Shown piece after piece: positions 21,713 through 30,701 of a DNA stretch of 64,000 bases (position 1 is its first letter; each line of letters starts with the position of its first letter). A program made the position numbers and the translations under genes. This DNA comes from a virus, in IMG/VR virus record IMGVR_UViG_3300020048_000011. One strand, 5' to 3'. The notes under the pieces are model-generated. The model did not search any database, had not been told where the DNA came from, and saw only the letters and a program-made list of their open reading frames with translations.

Positions 21713-22776
21713 TGAGTAATTTAAGTCAATTCTTCACTACACCAAAAGTATCCAAAATTGGAGATATGGTAAGAATATTATCTAATAATATTCTTACTTC
21801 ACTTGTATTAGATGATAAAACATATCTTAGGTCAGGTGTATTAGTTACACCTGACACATACCCAAATGCACCTGTGGGTGTAGTAGGTGAAGTATGGGCC
21901 CAAAGGGCTATGCCTGTGAATGCTAGTTGGGTTTCTGTCACTTATGGTAACGGAATGTTTGTAGCTATAGCTTATAGCGGTAATATAGCAGCTACTAGTC
22001 CAGATGGCATTACGTGGACTCGAAGAGTATTACCTATTGTTGCTAATTGGTATTCAGTTACATTTGGTAATGGAATGTTTGTAGCTATAGCTTATGGCGA
22101 TACCATAGCTGCTACTAGTCCTGATGGTATCACATGGACTCAGAGGGCATTACCTACGGCTTCTAGCTGGTATTTCGTTACATACGGTAATGGTGTATTT
22201 GTAACTATGTCTTATGGTAGTGCTAAAGCTGCCACTAGTCCTGATGGGATTACTTGGACTTTACAGACTTTGTTTATAGGTGATAATTGGCGGTCTGCTG
22301 TTTATGGCAATGGGGTATTTGTGGCTATAATTACTGGTAGCACCACGGCAGCTACTAGTCCTGACGGTATCACTTGGACTCAGAGGACTTTACCTGCGTA
22401 CGTTAGTTGGTATTCTGTTACATTTGGTAATGGGGTGTTTGTGGCTATAGCTGGTAATAGCACTATAGCAGCTACTAGTCCTGACGGTATTACATGGACA
22501 CAGAGGACTTTACCTGTGAGTGCTAATTGGACTTCTGTTGCTTATGGCAACGGTATGTTTGTGGCTGTAGTTAATAATAGCAATATAGCTGCTACTAGCC
22601 TTGACGGTATCACTTGGACTCAGAGGGAATTACCTGCGAATACTACTTGGTGGTCTGTTACTTGTGGTAATGGAGTGTTTGTGGCTGTGGCCCAATCAAA
22701 TGTTGGGGTTGCATCATCATTTGAATGTGTAGGTGCGCCCACATACACACCTAACCTATACCTAAGAGTAGCATAA
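21712..22776 (+). CDS. 7-repeat beta-propeller, putative adhesin D
   Basis: Seven repeats; MSNLSQFF N-terminus; TYTPNLYLRVA C-terminus; TAATG coupling. Confidence 0.7.
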   Translation: MSNLSQFFTTPKVSKIGDMVRILSNNILTSLVLDDKTYLRSGVLVTPDTYPNAPVGVVGEVWAQRAMPVNASWVSVTYGNGMFVAIAYSGNIAATSPDGITWTRRVLPIVANWYSVTFGNGMFVAIAYGDTIAATSPDGITWTQRALPTASSWYFVTYGNGVFVTMSYGSAKAATSPDGITWTLQTLFIGDNWRSAVYGNGVFVAIITGSTTAATSPDGITWTQRTLPAYVSWYSVTFGNGVFVAIAGNSTIAATSPDGITWTQRTLPVSANWTSVAYGNGMFVAVVNNSNIAATSLDGITWTQRELPANTTWWSVTCGNGVFVAVAQSNVGVASSFECVGAPTYTPNLYLRVA

Positions 22777-22888
22777 ACTTTTTATTATACATCATAATTG
22801 CAGAGTGGGGTTCCACTCTGCAATCTACATATAAAGTGTTACATGTATGTATTTAAAGAAAATATTAAAGGGATGACAAATTGCTATA

Positions 22889-23203
22889 TTGAAAACAAAC
22901 AAACTGTTTCCAGGAAGAACCCATGTAGATGATTCTGTTGTAAACCAGAATATAAACCCACGCGTAAACGATCTGTTAAAAGCGGAGGAGGGTATCACTG
23001 AGCTAAAAAGAATGATGTCAATAATTACACTGATATCATTCGCTATGCTATTTGGTGTGGGTGTATGGGTAGGTACAAACAACTCTAAATTGTCTAGGTT
23101 AGAAAGTAGACTACATGCAAATGATGCTGCATTTATTGCTATGGAGGCTAAATTAGATAACATAGCAACAATTTTATTAGAAATAAAGAAAGAGATTAAA
23201 TAA
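22889..23203 (+). CDS. single-pass membrane protein with coiled coil (start uncertain)
   Basis: Hydrophobic IITLISFAMLFGVGVWVG followed by a heptad-like region. TTG start only. Confidence 0.5.
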   Translation: MKTNKLFPGRTHVDDSVVNQNINPRVNDLLKAEEGITELKRMMSIITLISFAMLFGVGVWVGTNNSKLSRLESRLHANDAAFIAMEAKLDNIATILLEIKKEIK

Positions 23204-23204
23204 A

Positions 23205-23756
23205 ATGTCCTTTTTCTCAAAATTTCTCGATTTGTTTAAAAGCCTGTTTAGAAAGAAAACGCAAATACAAACGCCCGAGTACTTTAGATTATATAAGCGA
23301 CTGACTGCGCAAGATGTGCTAATGTCATTGCCATATATTGGGATGTGGGTAAAAAATAAGGATTTTGAGTTGCTTGAGATAAGTGAGCAAGCAGCTGTCT
23401 TATTATACAACAGAACATACAACGAATGTGTTGGGTTAACTGATTACCAAATTGCAAAAGAATGCGGTAGCACAGTATCAGAGGAACAGTTTGCACATAT
23501 TTGTCGCGCTTCTGATTTATATCTGAAAGACGATAAACCGCAAACATTCTTAGAGTTAGTCACAGATACTACAGGTAAACCTCATATCTGGAAAACAGTT
23601 AAAGCAAATATATCTGTGGAAGGTGAACAATTCTATTTTGGGTTTGCCACGTTCTTAGATGTGATGCTAGGTGGTTATGAAGCAGCTTATAAGAAGCTTC
23701 AAGAAGAGCTACCTCTATTAGAAAAACTGAATGACAATTTATACATATACAAATAA
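23205..23756 (+). CDS. stand-alone PAS-fold protein with N-terminal amphipathic helix
   Basis: LP...MWVKNKD...ECVGLTD...SD..L...F.E...G...W.T.K matches the PAS_4-like pattern. FFSKFLDLFKSLF is amphipathic. Confidence 0.6.
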   Translation: MSFFSKFLDLFKSLFRKKTQIQTPEYFRLYKRLTAQDVLMSLPYIGMWVKNKDFELLEISEQAAVLLYNRTYNECVGLTDYQIAKECGSTVSEEQFAHICRASDLYLKDDKPQTFLELVTDTTGKPHIWKTVKANISVEGEQFYFGFATFLDVMLGGYEAAYKKLQEELPLLEKLNDNLYIYK

Positions 23757-23844
23757 ACTTATGTGCATGGGTAGCGCCATGCACATATGCTGTAAAATAT
23801 ACAGTCATAACAAATCATCTGTAACAATAAGAAAGGAAATTAAA

Positions 23845-26073
23845 ATGATAATGTTCCAACAAGACTGGGCTTCATACCCGTCAGCTATTATAGACACAGA
23901 GACAAAAAATAAAAGTTTCGTGCGCATGGCAGCATTACTTAGAGCTATGGGTGTAAAGAATAATTCATTTATGCTAGCACTTCATAATCCAAGACTACAA
24001 GGCATAGACCCTTACTCTAAGAATTTGACTATTGAAGAGATGGCTATGATAGGTGTGGAATGTAGGCAAAATTTTTTTTATTATATTAGAGAAGTGGCCA
24101 GGGCACCAGCTACTGCTGGTGTAGAAGCATCCGTAGTGGAAGCTAATCGTGGTAATATGGCATTATGGTGGGCATTCTTTAATCACATCACATTTATACT
24201 AATACAGCCACGTCAAACCGGTAAATCATTCTGTACTGACTTGCTGATGACAGGACTCATGAATTTCGTATGCAGTAACACACAGATCAACTTACTTACC
24301 AAAGATGATACGCTTAGATCAGAAAACGTAAAGCGGTTAAAAGAAATCTATGATGAGCTGCCGCCATATCTAAACTTCAAGACAAAAACAGATTCTAACA
24401 ACACAGAAGCATTATCAATCAACAGATTCGGTAATAGCTATATCACACATGTACCACAAGCATCACCTAAGCGTGCTTATAATACAGGTAGAGGTCTCAC
24501 TACGCCTATTGTGCATATCGATGAAGGTCCATTCCAGCCTAACATCAACATAGCAATGACAGCCATGTTAGCTGCTATGGGTGCGGCATGTGATCGTGCA
24601 GAGGAAATGAATGAGCCATATGGAGTCATCCTTACCACTACTGCTGGTAAGAAAGACTCAGTAGAGGGTAAGTATATTTATAACTTTGCACAGGAATCAG
24701 CAGTATGGACAGAACGGTTTTATGATGCTAAAGACTATGATGAACTCCACGACATGGTTTGTTCTAACTCTAGGAAAGGTGTATATAGGGTATATGGTAA
24801 TTTCACATATAAACAGTTAGGGAAAACAGATGAATGGCTTAAAGATAAACTTGACAGGTCTAACCAAACACCAGATGAGGCTAATAGAGACTTCTTTGGT
24901 ATTTGGACTAGCGGTACACAGACATCACCTATCCCTACAAACATACTTGAAAAACTTACAGCTTCAATTGTTGGTGAGGAGTATCAGCAAATCAATCCAA
25001 TAGGAGGGTATATACTGCGCTGGTATATTCCAAAAGCGCAAATTGAAAGCTATATGGCTACTAAGAAAACTGTCATTGGAATAGATACCAGTGATGCCTC
25101 TGGTGGTGACGATATCTCATTTGTAATGCTAGATGTAGAAAGCGGTGAGTTAATATCTATTGGTACTTTTAATGAGACTAATCTAATTACATTTGCACAG
25201 TGGTTAGTATACATACTGGATACATATACAAACTCCACTATGATAATTGAAAGACGCTCATCCGGTATCACGATTATTGATTATCTGTTATTGTTTTTAC
25301 CTCAGCGTGGCATAGATCCATTTAAGAGATTATTTAACTGGATAGTAAATGACCCATTAGAGCAAAAGACGTTATCGGATGACATGAATGTATCGTTACG
25401 CCGACGTAAAGAAGACGTATATGTAAGAGCAAAAAGATTCTTTGGCTTTGCTACTAGTGCTACTGGGCAGACTAGTAGATCTGAATTATACTCTGTCACT
25501 TTACAGAATGCAGTAAGGCGATGTGCTGATAAAATAAAAGACAGGAGTCTTACTGAACAGATCACTAGTTTAGTGGTGAGGAACGGTAGAATCGATCACG
25601 ATGTGGACGGTAAGGACGATTTAGTAATCTCACTATTGTTAGCCCACTGGTTTTTGACTATGGGTAAGAATCTAAGCATGTATGGTATTGATCCAAAGCA
25701 AATCTTTATTGACCATAAGCCAATAGAGAATGTAGACCCTGGTCAAGCATACTTTAGATATGAGCAAGACCAGATACGACAAAAGATAGAAACACTATAC
25801 GAGAAACTGAAGGTAGAGACGGACGAGACTATATCTGAAAAGATAGAGAATGAGCTTAGGTACCTAGATTCTAGGATAGTCCTAATGGATGGCGAATACT
25901 ACTCTGTGGATGCATTGATAAGTGAAGCTAGGGATAATCGTAAGAAACGGCACAGTAATGTAAAGGCTAGTGCTGGCCAAAGCTATTACGAGAAATATGG
26001 GTACAATGTGAATGCGCCTGCTAAGGTAGAGGAATTCACTAGTGTGCCACTAGCCTATACTAAGTACTGGTAA
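23845..26073 (+). CDS. terL: terminase large subunit (phiKZ gp25-like)
   Basis: Walker A IQPRQTGKS, Walker B IVHIDEG, TTTAG motif, nuclease GIDTS...D...DDL. RBS gaaagga. Confidence 0.92.
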   Translation: MIMFQQDWASYPSAIIDTETKNKSFVRMAALLRAMGVKNNSFMLALHNPRLQGIDPYSKNLTIEEMAMIGVECRQNFFYYIREVARAPATAGVEASVVEANRGNMALWWAFFNHITFILIQPRQTGKSFCTDLLMTGLMNFVCSNTQINLLTKDDTLRSENVKRLKEIYDELPPYLNFKTKTDSNNTEALSINRFGNSYITHVPQASPKRAYNTGRGLTTPIVHIDEGPFQPNINIAMTAMLAAMGAACDRAEEMNEPYGVILTTTAGKKDSVEGKYIYNFAQESAVWTERFYDAKDYDELHDMVCSNSRKGVYRVYGNFTYKQLGKTDEWLKDKLDRSNQTPDEANRDFFGIWTSGTQTSPIPTNILEKLTASIVGEEYQQINPIGGYILRWYIPKAQIESYMATKKTVIGIDTSDASGGDDISFVMLDVESGELISIGTFNETNLITFAQWLVYILDTYTNSTMIIERRSSGITIIDYLLLFLPQRGIDPFKRLFNWIVNDPLEQKTLSDDMNVSLRRRKEDVYVRAKRFFGFATSATGQTSRSELYSVTLQNAVRRCADKIKDRSLTEQITSLVVRNGRIDHDVDGKDDLVISLLLAHWFLTMGKNLSMYGIDPKQIFIDHKPIENVDPGQAYFRYEQDQIRQKIETLYEKLKVETDETISEKIENELRYLDSRIVLMDGEYYSVDALISEARDNRKKRHSNVKASAGQSYYEKYGYNVNAPAKVEEFTSVPLAYTKYW

Positions 26074-26139
26074 AATTCGATTCCAGATTTTTTCAGTCAC
26101 ATATAGTAATGTTGAATAGGTATAAAGGTCTACTTATTC
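26073..26139 (+). promoter_or_regulatory. early promoter module with 5' stem-loop
   Basis: GATTCCAGATTTTTTCAGTCACATATA followed by hairpin GAATAGGTA/TACTTATTC. Near-identical copy at 35854-35922. Confidence 0.7.
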
Positions 26140-26174
26140 TTCTTATCAACTCCTAACTTAATTAAGGAACTATC

Positions 26175-26336
26175 ATGTTTGCAACAATCAAAGCACACCC
26201 CTACATTACCGCAACAGCAATCACAGTAACTGTAGCTGCTGGTGCAGCAGCTTATTACTTCTTCGGCCGCAAGGCCGTTGAAGTGGTGGCTGCAATTCCT
26301 GTAGCCGCAGCGGAAGCTGTGGCAGCTGTGTTGTAA
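26175..26336 (+). CDS. 53-aa Ala/Val-rich membrane peptide (missing from ORF track)
   Basis: RBS taaggaac. MFATIKAHPYITATAITVTVAAGAAAYYFFGRKAVEVVAAIPVAAAEAVAAVL, with its own promoter and terminator. Confidence 0.75.
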   Translation: MFATIKAHPYITATAITVTVAAGAAAYYFFGRKAVEVVAAIPVAAAEAVAAVL

Positions 26337-26338
26337 TT

Positions 26339-26368
26339 GAGGGGGCTTCGGCCCCTTCTTTTTTTTTT
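26339..26368 (+). terminator. intrinsic terminator (UUCG loop)
   Basis: GAGGGGGC-TTCG-GCCCCTTC followed by a T run. Confidence 0.85.
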
Positions 26369-26459
26369 GATTCTAGAATATTAAAGTGACATATTACATA
26401 TATGGATGGGGTAATCGTTTTCAATTTATTTTATGCTGCATTGCAGCGGAAAGGTAATC
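26365..26459 (+). promoter_or_regulatory. early promoter and leader with pre-RBS hairpin
   Basis: GATTCTAGAATATTAAAGTGACATATTAC; leader ATATGGATGGGGTAATCGTT; hairpin GCTGC-ATT-GCAGC before the GAAAGG RBS. Confidence 0.65.
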
Positions 26460-26942
26460 ATGAGATATAGTATCTACGCCAATGATGGCTGGAAAATGGG
26501 CGAGTGGACATCTTCAATTGTTCCAGAGTTTCTGGATAGTTACATAAAAACTGTTCAGGAACTACTAGACAAACACCCTAACGGGTTGTCGTATAAATTG
26601 GTACGTGCTTGGTGTGAAGACTGCGCCGAATGCGAGGTGTTCATTAAAGACAGTGTAGAAGCACAGTTAGTGGTGTACACACTGTACAACAAAGAGGTTA
26701 ACCGGAGAAACAGTGTGGATATTCCTAAAACCAAACATGGCCGTATGCCATTTGTGATGTTCAACCTGAAGTGTCAAAAGTACGAGGTGGTGGTTGACGT
26801 ACCGTCGCACGGTCTACCAAACAAAACCTCCACCGTGTACATGATGGAACCACGGTTGGAGGCTGAAGTCAGAGAGTCTTATCAATTTGACGACTTCGAA
26901 TCTGCGTACCAGTTTGTCAAGGACTGGTGGGCCGGAGATTGA
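26460..26942 (+). CDS. early hypothetical protein
   Basis: ORF behind the promoter module, with RBS gaaaggt. Confidence 0.7.
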   Translation: MRYSIYANDGWKMGEWTSSIVPEFLDSYIKTVQELLDKHPNGLSYKLVRAWCEDCAECEVFIKDSVEAQLVVYTLYNKEVNRRNSVDIPKTKHGRMPFVMFNLKCQKYEVVVDVPSHGLPNKTSTVYMMEPRLEAEVRESYQFDDFESAYQFVKDWWAGD

Positions 26943-27001
26943 TATAGCAAACATAGTGGTTTTGGGCCAACCTTAAATGGCCTTGTTTACCTGGAGCTAA
27001 T

Positions 27002-27217
27002 ATGGGCGCATCTGACCAACTTTACTACACATTCCGATCACCTGTTACTGTGTCGATGTCTGGGGTCTTTACTGACTTCGTATTTGACTACAAATTGGAC
27101 GAATCCGAACTCGCGTTATTTCGGAAGATGTTCAAGACATGTGAGGTTGTGGTGGATGTAAAGAAACAAGTCATAAGTAAACGCGAATATACAACTATTC
27201 ACGTTGTGTTTGTTTGA
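27002..27217 (+). CDS. small hypothetical protein
   Basis: RBS ggag; 71 aa; followed by a terminator. Confidence 0.6.
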   Translation: MGASDQLYYTFRSPVTVSMSGVFTDFVFDYKLDESELALFRKMFKTCEVVVDVKKQVISKREYTTIHVVFV

Positions 27218-27223
27218 AATCAT

Positions 27224-27275
27224 ACACCCACCAACCGTGCCCAAAGGCATTGGTTGGTGGGTGTATTTTCTTTTG
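27224..27275 (+). terminator. terminator between convergent genes
   Basis: ACACCCACCAACC...GGTTGGTGGGTGT followed by ATTTTCTTTT. Confidence 0.75.
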
Positions 27276-27285
27276 CTTATTTATG

Positions 27286-28515
27286 CTACTTGTTACTATA
27301 GTGCGCCATAGTCAGGCATCGTAAATTTACGTATAACATAAATCCAGTGCGCACAGCCGCAATCACAGAATCATTCTTAGTCTTAGTGGCATTCCTAACG
27401 ATCTTCTCACTAAGTTCTCTTATCTTAATGAGCTTCTCATCAGTAGCACGAGAACTCATATATGTGCCCCTTAGTTTACTAAGCAGTCCAGGTAAATCAC
27501 CCTTAGCTCTTAGTAATGATTTATTTGCTGCGAGATATTCAAATGAATACTCCATAATCAAATCAATTGCTTCCTCAGCGATATTGTCGTCTAAATGTCT
27601 ATAGTTAAGACTACACCATTCTAGTGTCTGCTGTAGTAGCTTAGGTGGCATAGTTTGCATTGCATTAGCTACAATGTCAATTAGCTCTTGTCGTATAAAT
27701 GAATTCTTATCAGTTATTACCGACCTTATGTATCTAGTGTAGACACCTAGATTCTTGGTCTTATCTTTAAGGATCATATCTCCATCAGATTCTACTAATG
27801 AAGCATTCTTAGTAATCTTCACACCGGCTTCATTAATCTTCATGTGCAATGACATGATGTTTTTTATCATGTCGCCAATGCGTCCCTGCACGTCATTCAG
27901 CATCTGTACTACTCTATAATCATTATCTAGACCCTTAATCGTACTAGCCCATATGGAATGAGCAGCAATCACCTCATTAGCCCTAAATTTCAAAGCAGCA
28001 CCCCAGCTACCCTGTTGCTTCAATACATACTTGTAGCTAAGCTGTGCGTATGTAGCAGCAGCCACCTCTGGATCGGCAGGGTATTTGAAAAACCTAAACA
28101 TCTTAGATGTCAAGAATTTATATTGTAAGTATAGACAGATGCGTAATTTTCCATCCGTAGCATCTTCGGGTGATAACAATTTGGTGTTATCAAATGCATG
28201 CATTATCCAGATACAAGTTAGATTGAATACATTACTGGAAACCAAGAATTCTGTGTTTATATCGGCTAGACTATGTAATCTTTCCTCTAGTATATGGTCA
28301 TCTACCTCTAGTACATCGGTAAATAGCCTGTCTTTATCATCATCAGTAAATCGTACAATATGTACGCCTGTAAGCGTACCACCGAAGAACTCAATGTGCT
28401 CTTGTTTTTTATTGACAAACCTAGCTTCTAGTTCACATACCTTTTTATAGAAAGCTCTGTCTATCTTAACATGTGCACACTCTTCTTCAAAGATGCTTTT
28501 TATAGACTGTTCCAT
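27286..28515 (-). CDS. conserved phiKZ-like protein (probably virion-associated)
   Basis: 409-aa helical ORF in the minus-strand trio between terL and phuZ, a phiKZ-like arrangement. Assignment by synteny. Confidence 0.55.
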   Translation of the reverse strand: MEQSIKSIFEEECAHVKIDRAFYKKVCELEARFVNKKQEHIEFFGGTLTGVHIVRFTDDDKDRLFTDVLEVDDHILEERLHSLADINTEFLVSSNVFNLTCIWIMHAFDNTKLLSPEDATDGKLRICLYLQYKFLTSKMFRFFKYPADPEVAAATYAQLSYKYVLKQQGSWGAALKFRANEVIAAHSIWASTIKGLDNDYRVVQMLNDVQGRIGDMIKNIMSLHMKINEAGVKITKNASLVESDGDMILKDKTKNLGVYTRYIRSVITDKNSFIRQELIDIVANAMQTMPPKLLQQTLEWCSLNYRHLDDNIAEEAIDLIMEYSFEYLAANKSLLRAKGDLPGLLSKLRGTYMSSRATDEKLIKIRELSEKIVRNATKTKNDSVIAAVRTGFMLYVNLRCLTMAHYSNK

Positions 28516-28518
28516 GGT

Positions 28519-29199
28519 TTATTGCTTAGGTATATTGATTTGGTGTACATCGTTCTTCTTAATGACAACAATACATTCCATTGTCTTATCACCTACACCG
28601 GTGTCATTTGTGAACCTATGTGTTTTCTTACCTATCTTAAAAGATACTTTCTTACCCTTAATCTTACCAGGGTATTCGCCGTCAGGTAACTTAGTGGATT
28701 CCACATATGCTTCAAGACTAGAATGTACATCTACATTGTTTTCTGCAGCTACATCCTTTATTGTCTTAGCAAACGGATTAGGGCTTTTCTCTATATCGCT
28801 ATTATCTAAGACTACCTCTTCTTCTAGCACAATGACTGAGTTATCTCTTTCTGATTCGGACATATTGGCTACCGAATCAGTTATGTTTACCACATCTGAC
28901 ATACCGGCATCACTTAGCTTTACACCATAGAGCATACCGACCTCTTGCCCTTTATCGGCTAGCTCTTGCCTAGTATCGGTAGCCGCAATCCACATACTTT
29001 TGTTTACTTTATCATCTAGAGCTTGTGTCTCCATTGATATACCTGTCTCATCATCTACATCCTTTTTGTAGATTTCATTGAGTGCTTTTGTGTATTGCAG
29101 GCTCAACGGTCCATCTGCAATCATGTTCTTACCCTGTGTAATCTGAATGATAGTGTCTAGATACGGGTTCTTTTTTATTGGTGCTTGATTAGTTTCCAT
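28519..29199 (-). CDS. putative head protein
   Basis: Acidic; SME and SLE motifs match the S/A/G-X-E sites of the phiKZ head protease. Confidence 0.5.
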   Translation of the reverse strand: METNQAPIKKNPYLDTIIQITQGKNMIADGPLSLQYTKALNEIYKKDVDDETGISMETQALDDKVNKSMWIAATDTRQELADKGQEVGMLYGVKLSDAGMSDVVNITDSVANMSESERDNSVIVLEEEVVLDNSDIEKSPNPFAKTIKDVAAENNVDVHSSLEAYVESTKLPDGEYPGKIKGKKVSFKIGKKTHRFTNDTGVGDKTMECIVVIKKNDVHQINIPKQ

Positions 29200-29223
29200 T
29201 TTATTCCTTAAGTTGTGTATATT

Positions 29224-30057
29224 TTAACGATGGCCACCGATTGTAAGCTTGATTAAGCGCCTGTAAGAATCCGAATCTTGCATTAAAGAAATGGCCGTGA
29301 ACTTCTCTCTCAGATAGTCTTCATAGTTCTGTTCTGCGTCAGAATACCCCTCTAGTATCGTTTTAAAGATACCCAGTGTCTGCCCACCCTGTAATTCAGC
29401 GGCATCTACCTGGATGATGAGTTCATTATAGATATACGCCTTTACGGCAAACTCTACTAGCTTAGCAAAAGCCGGATAGCTTCTAGGTTGTATATGATTT
29501 AGATTCTCATCATTATCCAATATGCACCTTAGATAACCATTACTTGGTATACTAACTACATCCTTTATCATGATGGTGTTCTCGGATATCAGTTGCACAT
29601 TAGCAGTAGATGTAATTGGTATCTTATCCATAGCGGCCATCATACCTACAGCAGCACCCATCACAGCTGAATTCTCACTAGAGTTGTATTGGTTGTTTCC
29701 TCCAACCGAACTTGTAGACGCATATGACGACACTAGGCTTTGATTCAGAAAGGCTACGTGTAACACAGAATTAATACTTCTACCCTGTGTCCTGGTTTTA
29801 GGTATATGTATCACAGTAGTGAAGTCATTAGGTTTATCAAATGGTAAACCGTCTAATGGTATAAGTACTTGCGTACCACCTACTAGATTGCAATCCACTA
29901 ATACCCTTGCTTTTATTACATTTAACAAAATCTGTTCATCGATGTTAGTATTGACTGTTGTTCTCCAGTCAAATGTTTTTCTAATAAACACCTTCTCCAA
30001 TATAGCTCGCGGTATGCGATGCTTTATTTGGTCAATAGCATAACCTATTGCAGACAT
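29224..30057 (-). CDS. conserved phiKZ-like structural protein
   Basis: 277-aa ORF; assignment by synteny and recollection. Confidence 0.55.
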   Translation of the reverse strand: MSAIGYAIDQIKHRIPRAILEKVFIRKTFDWRTTVNTNIDEQILLNVIKARVLVDCNLVGGTQVLIPLDGLPFDKPNDFTTVIHIPKTRTQGRSINSVLHVAFLNQSLVSSYASTSSVGGNNQYNSSENSAVMGAAVGMMAAMDKIPITSTANVQLISENTIMIKDVVSIPSNGYLRCILDNDENLNHIQPRSYPAFAKLVEFAVKAYIYNELIIQVDAAELQGGQTLGIFKTILEGYSDAEQNYEDYLREKFTAISLMQDSDSYRRLIKLTIGGHR

Positions 30058-30238
30058 ATAAATCCTTTTCGTAAACTAAATAGTTATAGCCATATATTAC
30101 TATTATGGGGTTTGACAATCCCTAAGCATATCATCACACGTAACATATCAGAAAGGAATGGAAAATGTATGAGTATACAACACTTAACAGCTTTCATAAG
30201 ACGCATAGTCATGAAAGTAAATTTAATGGGCAAAAGAA

Positions 30239-30685
30239 ATGGTAAATACACCACTACGATTGGAGATTCAACACTTGGCACTCCGCCAATTGGCTTCACT
30301 CCCACGGGCTTTGTTGAACAAGAAGATAGGGGAGGCGATCTCGATACTGAGACAAAATCCCGAGGTAAGGTTTCTAACAAAGTTGTTAGGAGATGACAAT
30401 TACATCGGCGTAGCTAAATTCAATGTACAGAAAGGCAGGCTTGAATGCGATATCACTGTGTACAGAGAAGTACCAGTTGAGAGCACATGCGAACACTTTA
30501 TGTGTATTAGTAACAGCCATTGTTGGTTCTACAATAGCTGGATCCACTATAACAGTGTGTGGTTCACATTAGACGCTATGGACAATTTATACTTGCCATT
30601 TGTTCATATGAATGATGAAGATGCAAGAGCGGTATGTATTGAGACCAATAAACCATTGTTCTCATTGCATTTAGATATTGATTAA
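30239..30685 (+). CDS. hypothetical protein
   Basis: 148-aa ORF downstream of a CATATATTAC promoter core at 30091. Confidence 0.5.
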   Translation: MVNTPLRLEIQHLALRQLASLPRALLNKKIGEAISILRQNPEVRFLTKLLGDDNYIGVAKFNVQKGRLECDITVYREVPVESTCEHFMCISNSHCWFYNSWIHYNSVWFTLDAMDNLYLPFVHMNDEDARAVCIETNKPLFSLHLDID

Positions 30686-30701
30686 CTTAATAGGCTTTTA
30701 A

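Larger units (their letters stand above)
17425..22720 (+). repeat. 35 copies of an approximately 120-bp coding repeat (propeller blades)
   Basis: Unit ...tggactcagagagtattacctgtgagt...tctgttacttatggtaatggggtgtttgtggctgt...gctactagtcctgatggtattaca. Period is exactly 120 at e.g. 20840/20960. Confidence 0.9.

Noticed and set aside
1862-22000. Many antisense and alternate-frame ORFs over the collagen, Ala-rich and propeller genes
   Set aside because: They are shadow ORFs caused by repetitive, biased codons, with no RBS or protein-like features.
17425-22720. Diversity-generating retroelement target or CRISPR-like array
   Set aside because: The repeats are in-frame 120-nt coding units without spacers. 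No reverse transcriptase or non-coding template repeat is in the window. The NNT bias at variable codons matches the general T-ending codon preference. A DGR elsewhere in the genome cannot be excluded.
22873-22932. 19-codon ORF at the best RBS, upstream of the 22889 membrane protein (possible frameshift)
   Set aside because: No slippery site or homology support is visible, so it cannot be distinguished from chance.
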